This document shows positions 1 to 13,300 of a DNA stretch of 64,000 nt, one piece after another (positions within the stretch are counted from its first letter, which is position 1; each line of letters begins with the position of its first letter). The stretch is from positions 7,163,190 to 7,227,189 of the forward strand of contig OZ037771.1 of NCBI GenBank assembly GCA_964035545.1, in the 5' to 3' direction. The notes beneath the pieces were generated by a model that had not been told where the DNA came from, searched no databases, and saw nothing but the letters and a program-made list of their open reading frames with translations. A program made the position numbers and the translations under genes. The DNA is from Bugula neritina. Its lineage: Eukaryota; Animalia; Bryozoa.

Positions 1-668
1 CAAAACTCTCACAGCTACCTGAAAACTTTCCGTGTACTACCGAGCCAAGTGTGTCACATAGCGCTACAAAGATAATGTTATGAGACTTTTACCTGCTGGG
101 CAAATTATTTCACTATATTTATATTAGCAATAGTTTCTATTACTCACGATTACAAACTGCATAATTTTTGTGACCAATTATTTAACCATGGTCTTTATGT
201 TATATTATTAAACAAAAAGAGCACAATCAAATATTTTTTTGTATAAATAGATATTCATAGTTAGTTTTCTTTTATTAAAATCAATCAATATTCAATTACT
301 TATATATATCATTTGAACTTATTATAAAAATTTCAAAGAATATATACAAGTAATTGCATACTGCTGAGCTGAATAAAATATCCACTTAAATTGATGCTTT
401 TAAATTACATTGACACAACACAAATAATACAAGAGTACACAGTTGCATGTATGCAATGTCGTCGAAGCTTTTTTACCTTTGCAAGTGATTGATCCAAGGG
501 TAGGGGACCAAACCCCACTTTCTAAGCACACATATTCTGAATGCGAGCCTGTCAATCTAGCATTTCTATAGCAATTTATCTGGCAGGCTGAATCCTTGTT
601 TTGCCAAAAATAAGTGCAACTATCTGAGGTATATCCATAGCGAATAGATCCAATAGGCTGACACTCCC
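1..668 (-). CDS. Gene C (partial): two CCP/sushi exons of a third paralog of the CCP-FN3 receptor family; continues off the left edge
   Basis: Not in the ORF track. Exon 668-477 (192 nt, ttaag|...G|gtaaaa, phase 1-1) translates ECQPIGSIRYGYTSDSCTYFWQNKDSACQINCYRNARLTGSHSEYVCLESGVWSPTLGSITCK, a 6-Cys CCP with the W-x-P...GSIxC ending. Exon 63-1 (tgtag|) begins LCDTLGSVVHGKFSGSCESF. Signal exon not found. Confidence 0.88.
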
Positions 669-1461
669 CTTAAAAATTTAGCAAAGTCACTATCACACGT
701 TTTCTGTATCAAATATAAGAATTTTAACAGAAAAATAAGTTGAAAGTAAAATAAAAAGTATATTAGTAAAAGCTGTTGTTCTACTACAACTCTGGTTTGC
801 TGAACATGAATTAATTAAAAAGCTGACTGTTTATATATATTTTAATTGTCTGAAAGTGCTGATTATACGTGAAATAAATAAATGTATATACCAAGACGTT
901 GTAGATCTTGTCCTTGAGTCACATAAACTAATTTTATAAATAAAGCAATTATTATAATAAAAAGTTCCATTGCAAGCTTTAGAGAATATGTATATTTGCT
1001 TTGACCTAAAGGTTCACCTATAAGCACAACAATTTAAGACAGATAAATGAAGTTATGCACAGAGAAAAAAGTTTGATTAATTGTTGGATAAATACTTGCT
1101 TCAAATTCTTTTACATAAAACAAATGCATTGTCTGATCATTTCACTACATCTATTATCTGAACATAAAACTTATATAAATTAAATGTTTTATTTTAGGCA
1201 TAGACTACAAAAATATTATATAGTTCACAAGTGCAATAAAATTGTCATACTAAATATAATATAATATCAACTATTTCTGTTGCGCTGTGTTCAAATACAA
1301 TTAGAATTAGAAAGGCCATGTTTTTTTATATCATTTTGCTTGTAGGGAACATGTCAATAGTTGTATCAACAAGAAGAAAAAAGTACCTATAATGTGGTCA
1401 TATTTTGTGCAAATGTTTCCTGTATTGTATTACACAATACTCACCTATTTGTTAGAAAATA

Positions 1462-1682
1462 CTCATGCAAGTTTATAGCCACCATCCCTGTGAGAAAACC
1501 TCTGATTAAAAGTTTTTTTGTTAAATAAACCTAAGAACTTATTTATGCAAAGGGAGCACAGGATCAGTTATGACTGAATAGCCTCTTTTAGATTACCAAT
1601 TAATGGCTTTTGTCATGGCTTAAATCCATGACCAGTCATGCTTACCAGGCAAACGCTTTAACCTCTAGATCACAGCTGCTCC
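1462..1682 (-). mobile_element. tRNA-derived SINE, family 1 copy
   Basis: Minus strand begins GGAGCAGCTGTGATCTAGAGGTTAAAGCG...CATGGATTTAAGCC (degenerate A/B boxes) and ends ...GGTTTTCTCACAGGGATGGTGGCTATAAACTTGCATGAG. Aligns by eye to 63275-63487, 7525-7662 and 12218-12332. Confidence 0.75.
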
Positions 1683-2014
1683 TAGCTATTGCATGTAAAT
1701 TTACTGCTTCTAACCAAACAGCAGTATGAATTGTACTGTACTACAGTATGCCACATTCTCAAACCATCAACTTATCATTAAAAAGTTTCCCTTTAACCTT
1801 TTGTTTGATATATTTAAAGTAATATATATTAAATAATTTGAAGTAGTAAAAAAACAAACAAATACACACCATTATGAGAACCAACTTTGATTTTTTCTAT
1901 TTTTTGTTTATGCATTTGCTGTTTGCATATAGCTAACTTTTAATTTTTACAATTAATTCAAAAATAGAAAGTTTTATTGTTTTCAGATGATAACTGTTAC
2001 TGTGTCATCATGGG

Positions 2015-2081
2015 TGCTGCTTGGTACGGATGCTGCTTGGTACGGATGCTGCTTGGTACGGATGCTGCTTGGTACGGATGC
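2015..2081 (+). repeat. Minisatellite (TGCTGCTTGGTACGGA)x4
   Basis: Four perfect 16-bp tandem units read directly. Confidence 0.95.
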
Positions 2082-2182
2082 CTGTGTATTGTGATCAACT
2101 TAATAAAGGGTGAATAGGTGGAAGACATTGAAGCAGGCTACAACTCTACTTTCTGTTTATTGCCAACAGTATATTTCTCACA

Positions 2183-2250
2183 AAACTCAAATTCAAACTT
2201 GAACTTGAACTCAAGCTTGAACTCAAACTCGAACTTAAACTGTAACCTAA
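2183..2250 (+). repeat. Degenerate hexamer repeat (AAACTC/GAACTT)n
   Basis: aaactcaaattcaaacttgaacttgaactcaagcttgaactcaaactcgaactt. Confidence 0.8.
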
Positions 2251-3917
2251 AACCATAAAAATTAAAAATATCTTGTTAATTTAACATTAATTAACACAGC
2301 TGACAAAACATTTAGTTAATGAAGTTAAAAACAAAAGATAGTATAATACTTGATACTTACAATTATTGTGACAATAAAGTCTAAGTTGCCTGCATCCTCA
2401 ACAGGAGATAAATTGAGCTACACTCACTTATTGAACAAAAACTGCCAGTAATTATTTTATTTTTCTAAATTTTCTTTTCCAACGTATTACCAGTAATTAT
2501 TAGTACATTTGACTATGTAAAAATTTTCACAATTATATCTAAAGCATTGTGAAGACTTCTAAACTTAAAATACTAATGAAATATGGCAGAATAAAAAATT
2601 ATTGATATAAATTATAGTCAATTTTATTATAATAATATATAACATGTTTTGCATGTTATAATAATTGAAAAGCATTTTAATTATGCTAATAAATGAAATA
2701 TTTACTTCAAAGCATATTATTTTACTAATTGGTATGATTTTAGTTTATGTTCAAAAATTTAAAGTATATTGTTGCATCAGGTTTGATTTGCTTCCTGATA
2801 AAAAATCAAGTATTGATTTGTTTTCCCATCATTTCAAGTGAGTTTTTTATTTTCTGGGTAAAATGATTTACTAGGTTTGAAATAACCAGTGCATCACACG
2901 GCTTTTACGACTGTCAGGGTCGATCCTCATTTTGCCATTTCGCGATATTAGCCGCAATAAACAATATATTTTCGTGCGATAACATCGACTGTCTAGGGCG
3001 CTACTGTTGACGAATCAGAACAAAGAGAGCACATGAGTGCTGTAAACATGTACGTGTTGTTATGGTTACTAATGATGATCTGCTACGTAATTTTTGTAGT
3101 AGACAACTCTCACAGAAATCATTTATTTGTCTTTTCCTTATTTAGCTAACAACTTTTGCCTAGAAAAGAGAGAAGGCAAGGTGGCTCAAGCGATGCTGTA
3201 TTTTTTTAGAATGTTTTAGCTTAAATTCTGTTTGGTTTATCCTACTAGAATGTTACCTGCTGCAGCATCAACACTATCATTGCAAAACTATATCTACTTA
3301 TAACAAAATCTTGATGCCCATAGCAAAATTATCTACTTTATTGTGGCGGATGTGCAAGAGTTTGGAGTCATCTCATCAATTACACATAGCAACAGAAGAA
3401 CCCAATATAGAAATAACAGAAAGCCAAAGACGGTATACCTTTATTTTTAACCAAGAAAGAATTTTGTTAAACATTATATTGTGAAGTTCACCATAAAAAA
3501 ACTGATTTTACAAGTGGTTACATCTTTTCCGAAAATAAAGGTGCCATGAAGCAGCCGAAAATGAAGTCGTCCGCTCACCAGACACCTAAAAAATAATTAT
3601 GCAACATGATATTTTTAAAATTAAACACAGATATGCAACAGTCATCACCTACATAATTTTTTATAAATTTAACAAGCTTGTTTAGTGAAAGTGTATAATA
3701 CAAATACTAATGTTGATGGCGAAAATGCAGCGGTAGCCATGTTCCAGCAAGATAGTAAATCAATATAAATAAGAAGTCATATCATATCTATGTTATATAT
3801 GTATTCAATTCTGGTTTATGCTTTATGCCTTCAACTATCAGTGCACAACCACTAATCCTATTTCTACCAACACCATCTCTACCGCTAACAGTACTAACGT
3901 CAGAACCAAAAGCAACT

Positions 3918-4150
3918 TCACCACTACTACTAATAATTCTATTATTTTATTATTATTACTTCTACTACTATACTACTGCTACTGCTACTACTACTTCTAC
4001 TACTGCTGCTGCTGCTACTACTTCTACTACTGCTACTGCTGCTGCTACTACTACTACTGCTACTACTACTACTGCTACTACTACTTTTACCACTACCACC
4101 GCCACCGCCGCCGCTGCCGCCGCCATCACTACTAATATTGTTTCTACTAC
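3918..4150 (+). repeat. Compound trinucleotide microsatellite (CTA/TTA/CTG/GCC)n
   Basis: Runs of tac/tat/tgc/gcc; these explain the three overlapping low-complexity ORFs at 3818-4226. Confidence 0.95.
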
Positions 4151-5998
4151 AAATACTGTAAATCTTACCAGCAGCAAGTTATATTGGAAACTGTTTGCTC
4201 ATTTTATCATTGTATTAGTGCAATAACAAAATGTTTATATTTTAATATAGTCAAACCTTTTAAAAAACTAGGCTGCTACTTATGAACTAAGAAGTTGTGC
4301 TACCCACCTTGATATGCACTCAGCTCCAACACCAAGCAGGTGGTTATGATGCTTCTCCACAATAGCCAGGCCATCCAGCTGTCCGATTGTATGCATCTAC
4401 GTAAAAATTATTGGCATATGGTGCAAGAAATGATTAAAAACCAGATAGGTGTGCTAGAATTTATACAGCATAATATAGAGTAAGGTAAAAGAGAACAGAC
4501 CGTCAAGTGGTACAGCATAGAAACAATTACTAGCTATTATATGCTTTATAGAAGTTGGCAAATTGTAGCCCACTAGATATGAACTTTAGTTAGCATTTTA
4601 TTTTGGCTTTCAGCAACTGCTTTAATCACTGATCTTGGTAAAACCAATATGTTTACAAATTAACACCTCCACTAGATAGGTATACAGGTCAAAATATTCC
4701 AATTGGTGACATACTAAAAGAAAATGTATATTTATTCATCTTTAAAAGATTGCTAATAATTTATAAAACAGCGTCGAAATCACTAAAGTAACAGCGCAAA
4801 TAAGTTTATTAAACAGCATTATAGGATTGCCTATTACTAGTTTCATGATTTCTATTATTTTACTGGTTTCAAACATAATATAGGCTGAAAAAGCAATATT
4901 AGTTCTCTCACTTTTGCTAACTACATTGCTTGGAAGGCCATCATAATTAGATTAGATCAAACAAATGTGTTGACAGGTAGACTGGAACAGGCCTAAAATT
5001 TGCAAGGTATAATTTAAATTTATCTGGCCTGAAATTGCTGAAACTGACAATACAATAATATGAGAAACGAGCAGGGTTTTTTATTAAAGCTAGCAAAAAT
5101 AATTCCTCTACATATAATTAACATACAGTCCATACATATAATATATTACTATGTCCAGGCAGCAGTGCTTGTTCTAGCCAAAAGAAAACTGATTTAATGG
5201 CTGATTTTAATGGCCAACAAGAAATTTATGGCGCACAGTGGCATTGTCATATTTTTAATATTCAAAATTACAGTTCTAATCTATCAATCATTTTATCAAT
5301 ACTACTATACTATAATCTACTCCTGCTGCTGCTGCTGGTGGTTCTACCACTGCTACCATACTGCTGAGTAATGCAAGCTAAGTAATTTAAATTACAATTA
5401 AAAAAATTATCGGACTTTCTTTTCTATTACCTGTCCAGTTTAGCATTTCTTTCATCATAGCTTGCCATATTAACTTGAAAATTCACAGGGTTTGAGTTAG
5501 ACCTATGGAATATACTTACAAGTAGAATGAACCCACAGTTCTGCAATATATCATAAAAACATTCAAAATAAAACTATAGGAAAACCAAGTAAATGCTTCT
5601 AAGTATTAGCGCAAGTAAAGATGCTATGCAATCTATCCAACATGCAGCCAAATGTCTCAAAATAAGCTTCAGAGTTATAAATATAAAATGTTTCCAAATC
5701 AAGGCTAGCAACACTTCTGTTGTTGTGATAGCAAATTTTGCTTAATAAAGTAAGGAAACCAGCTTCCCTTGCATGACTCAATTTCTATTAAAGAAAAATT
5801 ATACTCTCCTATAATCGCTGAAACACAGGCCTGTCATAAGTACATGAATGGTAATTCTAGATGTTTCCCTAAAACCATCATCAAAACAGTAAACACACTG
5901 CAAAATATTTATTTTTACTTTTTCTGCTCAAACATTTAAATGGGCTCTGCAGGATATGACAAATACCAAAATAATTCCGCTTTGTGAACTAGCAAATA

Positions 5999-6450
5999 TG
6001 GACAAACAAACACCCTAATATTCACGCCAAAAGAAAAGTCTACGCAGTTGGTGTTCTCAGCATTCTTCCTTGTGGATCAAAAACATGGGCAACATGTGGA
6101 CTGCAAGAATCAAAGCTCAGCACTTTTCATACCTGGAGTTTAAGATGCATGTTGAGTAAAATCTGGGAAGATAAAATGATAAATGAAGATGTATTTGAAA
6201 TCACAGACCCGGATTCTCTTTCTTCAAAACTGAATTTCTTCTGTCTTCACTGGGCTGGTCAACATGCCAAAGTATCTCATCCGCCGCACTCGATTGCATG
6301 CATTAATATCAAAAGGAACTCATCCAGCTAGAAGAACTTATATCTAAGGTTTGAGGATGTCCTGAAACAAGAGCTTAAGGAATTTTACATAAAATCCAAT
6401 CAATTTACCACCTCTCAAATGGAGGCAAAGCATTCATGCAGGATGGGCAT
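5999..6450 (+). mobile_element. Degenerate RTE-clade non-LTR retrotransposon, C-terminal part of the RT ORF
   Basis: From 5999: WTNKHPNIHAKRKVYAVGVLSILPCGSKTWATCGLQESKLSTFHTWSLRCMLSKIWEDKMINEDVFE...LHWAGQ, then after frameshifts YLRFEDVLKQELKEF and KWRQSIHAG. This follows the RTE pattern TKxxVYxAxVLSxLLYGSETW...LxxFHxRCLRxILxIxWxDKxxNxxV...LRWxGH...RFKD. Confidence 0.85.
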
Positions 6451-7524
6451 TCAACACTGAAAACAATATAAAGGGATCCATGGCTAGATGTTCAAGACAT
6501 GAATGCTAAGGGTGTCATCCATATGATCACTGAGATATTTATGACAATCTCTCAATATACCTTAGCATATTAAATATGCTTGTAGTTAAAGCTATTACTA
6601 TAGTTGTTATATATGCTACTAACTAACAAGCAATAACCGTATTACAAACATAGGTAAATGAGAAAAATAATTCAATAGTGGTGATATCAGTATGGGTATT
6701 ATAATTTAGCAATTAGCATAAAAACTAAAAATGATGAATGTAATGATGGTTAAAGTTATTAGATACCTAAACTTATACCTATATTAATTAAAACAGTGAC
6801 TTGTTGAAATATAAATAAATTAATATTCATTAAAACTTCATTGAATTAAAAGATAATTTTGAAGCAAAATGAACAGTTAAAATAAATTTATTCACAATAA
6901 TTTTAACTTTTTATGATCAACCTTAAAATTAAAACTCAAGTATTTGTAGCAAAGTTTTGAATAAAGTTGGATTTTGCAACAGTTTTAGATACTTTCACTA
7001 TCACTATGTGCATAACTGTATAAGTTTCATCATATTGATACAGTTACATACTCATACTCAAATATATGGTAAAATTATCAATAAATCAGGTATTAGTATT
7101 GAGATTGCGTTGGTCGAGATAACATCATGGTTACTCACTTATGGTTGTATACTTTAGCTTATATTTCTAGTCAAATGTACTACTGCCCTATTATTAAACT
7201 TAATCTTAGTCTGTCATCACTTAGAAAACATAGTTCAGTCTTGAGGCAAATCAGTTTGAGTGTCGTTAGTTTCATTACCACTAATCATTAGATTTAGTCA
7301 GTGTACTTGAAATTTATTGATCAATATTACCATCAAATTTAAGTGACTATTATTATGAATACTATATCCATCAAATATCAAAAACTGCAAACTTAATAAG
7401 TATGATTAAGAAAATCACAGCCAACATGGGGATGATTGAATTGTATGCTCGTGCTATTGAGATTCCTAACATAAAAGTTAACCTCGCATAATGATTAGAT
7501 AACAATCATATTCAATTTTTCATT

Positions 7525-7662
7525 ACTGTCATTTGTTAGGAAAAGCATCCAGTCATAATTGCTCCTATGCTCCAAATAAATAATTCCTTAGCCCCATTTA
7601 ACAAAAAAACCTTTCCCATCAGGGGTTTCTCACAGGGATGTCAACTATAAACTTGCACAAGT
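7525..7662 (+). mobile_element. tRNA-derived SINE family 1, 3' fragment
   Basis: GGAAAAGCATCCAGTCATAATTGCTC...CATCAGGGGTTTCTCACAGGGATGTCAACTATAAACTTG matches the 3' half of 63275-63487. Confidence 0.75.
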
Positions 7663-7739
7663 TTTATTTAATAGTAAATTAATTTACTTATATAAAAATT
7701 ATTACATTCACACTGATACATTGATGGTCATAATATTTT

Positions 7740-10100
7740 ATATATCAATATCATCATTATGATACAATTATCACTATTACTATTAGTATTACTATATGAT
7801 AACTTATCAATAAAACTTCATAAAGTTCATGAAAAACATTAAATATAACAATTTAATCAAAACTAAATCAATGCCAAAGGGCAAGGTAGAATCAAAATTA
7901 AATAAGCTATAGGGCGTAGGCTATAAGTATAAGTATAATTATCATTATAAAACTAAGTTACTGATGAGTTGGTACTAGGTAGCATAAACATAAAATGAGC
8001 ATAAGCAAACATAAACTAAAACACCATTACATATATGATTTATGACCCTTAGGTTTCTACTTTTAATTTTAGCTTTACCTTGTCTTTTGGCATTGGTTAT
8101 TGTATTAGTTTAGGTTACACCACTATCAGTTACTATGACTATGAATATGAGTGAGTAGCCTTGCCCGTAGAACTAGGAGTAGGAGTAGATCACTAGAAGT
8201 AGAAGTATGGGTATCGGGGTATGACTATAAGTATAACTCATAGTCACAGTATGCGTATCTTACTGAAAGTGATACTCATAAGCCTAAAGTGATAATCATA
8301 ATGATACTCAGCATCACATGTAAGGTGTATGATACAGAGTAGAATATCAAACTTTAAGTTTAACTGCTACTTTGAAGTAGGACTTAGACATCACCATGAC
8401 CATTTATGGGTATGTCATACCGTCATAGACTATAGACATAGTATAAGGTTCTAATACTATAAGTATAACTATTAGTATTACTACGTCTACTATAAGCATA
8501 AGTCTTTAAGTTTAAGTATAACTATATTTACTATTGATTAATTTCAATTTGATACTATCACTATTACTATTAGTATTAGTATTACACTTTACAGTATTAC
8601 TATTAGTATTAGTATTAGTTGGTCCCATACTGATAGTGATACTCATATCACTACCATTATGACTATCATAATCATTATGATTATGATTAAGAGTACTACA
8701 GTGATAGTTATACTCACATCTATGCTGATTACTAATTTAATATCACTCTAAGTCTAATCAGTAACTGTTAGTGTTATCACTATGACTTTGACTATCAGTG
8801 AATTATTTATCATTTTATGATTTTATCATAGTCATAATGAAACTGATTGAGTGATACTTATAGTTATAGCTATACTGGCAGTGATACTGATAGTGATACT
8901 GATAGACTTAGACGGAGAGTCAGAGTGAGAGTGATATTCATATTTATAAATAATAATAATAATATGATTATTATTATAACTAAGAGTAAGAGTAAGAGCA
9001 AATGTAATGTCTAATCGTGACATTATAACTATTACCATTAGTGCATTCGTATTAGTATTACTATTAGTAGTAGTATTACTAATTATTAATCTATTTTTCA
9101 ATAATAACTACACATATGCCCTAGCCTAGAAGTTTGAGTACGCCTACGGTATTCCAAATTGAAATTGGATCTTTGAGTCATTTGACCAAAGGAGCAGCGG
9201 GCTCCGATTAGGCATTGGACCTTGGGGCGAGGTTCAAGTAAAACCGATATTCGGTCAAAACAGGTCTAGTCTACCATAGTGGCCAGTAATTTATCTGCGC
9301 AAGCTTACTCGCCTCTTGTGTTCATAATAAATTCGGCCTGACTGCTCCGCAAATGGGGCGATAATCATAAGTTTCATAATAATATATTATTAGAGACTAA
9401 TTTAGTATGTATACACATGTTAGTAATTACAATCTAGTTCCATTCTTCAAGAAAACCCATTACGAATCAGGTTGGTACTATTGCTATTAGGTTGATAATA
9501 TCATTAGTAAAACAATGTGCTCATTTTTGATATAAATTATTATTACTACTAGTACAGTAGTAGTACTAGTAGTAGTAGTAGTAGTACTCTAGTTACTAGT
9601 ACTACTACTAGTAGTACTACTACTAGTACTAGTAGTAGTAGGCCTACTAGTAGTTCTGATGTCTAATACCTTAATAGTTAGTTATTACTATTACTTATTA
9701 CTCAATTAGTATTACCAGTAGCCGTAGGTAGTAAGAGTAAGTCTAATCTAATGCTGTAATAGATAATTTATATGACTATCACTATGAGTATGAGTTGGTA
9801 TCAAGTTATATTTCATTATTAATTGATTATGCGTTTGTTTACTAAGAAAAATCTAATGGTAGTCTCAGTCTCAGTCCGTTAACTTATATTTAGTTATAAT
9901 CACTCACAGTACTGATTCTTTCTCTTTCAATTTGGAACTTAGTTGTTTTCTGTTCCAATAATTATAATCATAATGCAATAAATTTAAAAGTTACCCAGTG
10001 TGAGTGACTAACTAACTACAATTTAGGTTCAGTCTTGATGAAAACACTATGAGTATAACTATAAGTATTTACTCACTTATAATCGACGCAATAGTAATAA
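7740..10100. repeat. Cryptically simple domain with 3/6-bp periodicity (AGT/ACT/ATT/GAT), including a (TAG)n/(CTA)n palindromic tract at 9540-9655
   Basis: Examples: agtgatactgatagtgatactgatagacttagac, actatgactatgaatatgagtgag, agtattagtattagt. Interrupted by a GC-richer unique stretch at ~9115-9365. Boundaries are approximate. Confidence 0.7.
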
Positions 10101-10389
10101 AAAGAAGTTTTGCAATGAATTGGAATCCTAGCCTGGAGCTGGTGAAATTGCATATAGCTAATTAACACGGGGTATATTATGTTTCTGAATATTATTATAT
10201 GTATTTAACTGTTAAGAATGTAGTGAACAATATTGATGTATAGATAATTAGGGTTCACTATTACTATGAGTGTCCTAGTCATAGTTGAAAATAAGATGTT
10301 CATAATGGTCATTCTCAAAATATAAAAATAAAAATATATGCATAACCATTAACAAGTTGAAAATATTTGTTTATAATGATTTATAGACC

Positions 10390-13300
10390 ATGGATAACGA
10401 TGAATAAAGCTATTCAGTCTGTTTATCCCGACTTGAGGCTTTGGCAGAAAAAGGTATCGAGGAAGATATAATCAAAAATGGTACTGAAACAATTTGCAAC
10501 TTGAAAAACGATGATTGAAAAGACGTCAAGAAAGTAAGAGCATGTTATACTAACTATGATGAGTTTTGTAGCTTGGTTTTTAATCAGTTTTCTTCATACA
10601 CAATATTGAATTTGTTCAATCTTTTAGAATTGTCACAAATCTGTTTGACCAAGCTGAAAGAATACAGTGATGAGTTGAAAAAAGCTGCCTCAGAGCAATT
10701 GACAGGTTATTTTTACATCTATTCTAAAGCAAAGTTCTGGTGAATACATAAATGTTGTCTTTGTACTGGCACAATTTTTGCTGCACAATTTTGATATGTT
10801 CATTTTAGATTTTGATAAACAACACCCTAAACCATCACACAATGATGCTATATGTTGTAGTACTGTAAATGGCGAAAATGAAAAATTATTGCGTGAACGT
10901 AAAGTTTCCTACCTAATTTTGTGTTTTAGCCACCTAATCAACTTGTAAAAACACGAATAAATAGTATTAAGTCCAAATTAGGTTTTTTACAGCCAATAAG
11001 CACCTGATAATATTCATGTATTTATGGCTCATGGAATGTAATGAATTGTACATACAACTTCTTTACATCACTTTCAAAATACTGTCAGACACCTTACCCT
11101 TGTCTATGTATGTATAAGCATATATATATGCTAATTTTTTTACTACAATTTAAGGTTGTTTATGTTTTCAGATGTTCAACAATTGTTAGAACTCCTTGAG
11201 CAGTATGCCCGGCAGCCTCAAAGAGCACCAACCTATATAGAGGCTACCTCAGTTAAATGGGACAAAATCCGATCAATTCTTCATAGGAATACAATTACTG
11301 GCATGGAAACTAGGAAACTCTTGATTAGTAGGTAATTTTTAGTAACTTTTATTTTAATTAACCAGCCATCACCAATTTTAGGTGTTGTTACTATTATTTT
11401 GCATTTTTTATACCCAACAATTTATAATTTGTTGTTTTAAGCTAAAACACTGTTTTAGCTTGTAATCTATGTTTTAGGTGAAAGGCTGTCTCTACTCCCA
11501 TCAACTTGCCAATTGTGTAACAATACGATGGTTGAAAAATTTGTAGCTTACACCCTCAAGGTCATCTCTATAATCAATGGTAAATTATTCAAATTGTCCA
11601 ATCAAATTCTAAAAAATATTTGGGTCATTTGTGTTTCAAATAATCGCTAGTATTTTATATTATATTTAAGTGAAGTGAAATTATTGGTCATCTATGTTTA
11701 TTCAATCAGTTGTCAATTATGCATTTATCTGTTACATGATAACTTCTAGAGTATACATATAATTTCTTAACATTTTTGCCTTATTTAGCTATTGTTATAA
11801 TTTGCTTCTCACAATTTCATATATTGACACTATATTTTTTCTAGGGCGCACTGAAACGGTGATTCTCCTTATTGTGAGCTATGCTCATGGACACTTGTTC
11901 AAGTGAGTGAAAATTTTCCTAAACTCAGGCTGTGGCCACTAACTCCCCAAGGAAAATTATTCGTGACCTTCAGTTATTTGTTACACATCAGCACCTTACA
12001 GCATCATTCTCCAACTTTAAGCATGAAACGCTTGTTCTCTAGTCTAAAGTTTTTGGCAGTATTGGATGGCAGGGTTTTGTTATTAGTTTTTAATGCTTTC
12101 GAACACATTTGTTCATTTATTATTTGTTGACTGTTAAAATGTAGCATTCATTTATAAGCTTTTTATAATCGTAAATTTGCATGCTAAAAGAAGTTAGCAT
12201 AATTTATTACTCCCCTGCACAGTTTTACTGGATGTGGATGCTTAACATCAAAGATGGCTTTTACTGGGCAGTGAACCCATGACTACTGGCTTACTAAACC
12301 AGATTTCTAACCCCTAGGCCACAGCTGCTCCCTGTAATGAAATTTATATCTATTTGTATTATATTTTAGACTATTGGAAATGAAGATCGGTTCTTTTTAG
12401 TCTGTTTGCTAACCGCTAACAGACTGTCAAAAGAACCATGAAACTAGAGGGGAAAAAATGTTGTACAAATTTGAAGCTCAGAAAGTGTGGGTAGGTGTTA
12501 AATGCTATGAAAAACTTAAAATCTCCAATATCTACTTGAGCAGATGTCTAATCTGTAGTGAGCACCATTGTAGTACGTAATCTATTGTTTTGTGTTCACT
12601 AAATTTAAATTCCGATTAACAATTCCAGAGGCTATCGCAAAATGCTGCTCTCTGATGTAATGCTGAAGAGGCAACCATGCATTAAAACCAGCTGAACATA
12701 TGTAGGAATAGACACATATTTTCATGTGATGTTAGTTGAACAATTATTCAGTGTAGGTTTTGAATTATTTGAGTTCAATGCTGTAAATGTATCATGTTGT
12801 GTTTCATGTATTATTTTTAGTCACTTGTTAATTTTGCATCAAATGACTTTACAAAAATAGTAGTAAATTATTATAATGGTACGCAATATCGTCAAAATAC
12901 TACAGTAGCAAGTGGCAGAGACTCAGCATGTATAGCTAATTTTGATATTGCTAGGTCTCTCTCTGCCTCCCCCCCCCCCTCTCTCTCTAGGCCTCCCCTA
13001 TTTCTTTCTTCATTTTTCAACTGAGAGTAAAGCAGCTGTCTTGGTCACCAACTGTTTCTCATTCTGTACACTTGGCCTAACCATCTCAGACTCTGCAAAA
13101 CTTGTTGGTCATATTGCCAGAAACTTAAAAATATGTTTCAATGTAGAAAGCAGACCTGGCAGCCATTGGTTCATTGTTTATAGTTTGATAAAGGGCTTCA
13201 TAGCTTGTTGATAATTGTTTTGACCCTAAAGTTGGCTAATTCATATTTAATGTTGGCTGATCTTGTTTGCACTTTCCCAAAACTTCATAATTCATAATTA

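Noticed and set aside
2015-2081. CRISPR-like array
   Set aside because: The units are directly adjacent with no spacers, in a eukaryotic context.
3430-3560. Short inverted repeat ACCTTTATTTT / AAAATAAAGGT with CCGAAAAT repeats
   Set aside because: Possibly a MITE remnant, but too short and without a TSD.
3818-4226. Thr/Ala-rich mucin-like and Tyr/Cys-rich ORFs
   Set aside because: They are translations of a trinucleotide microsatellite; three frames are open for compositional reasons.
8832-9101. ORF with Ser/Ile/Thr alternation
   Set aside because: An artefact of the periodic simple sequence.
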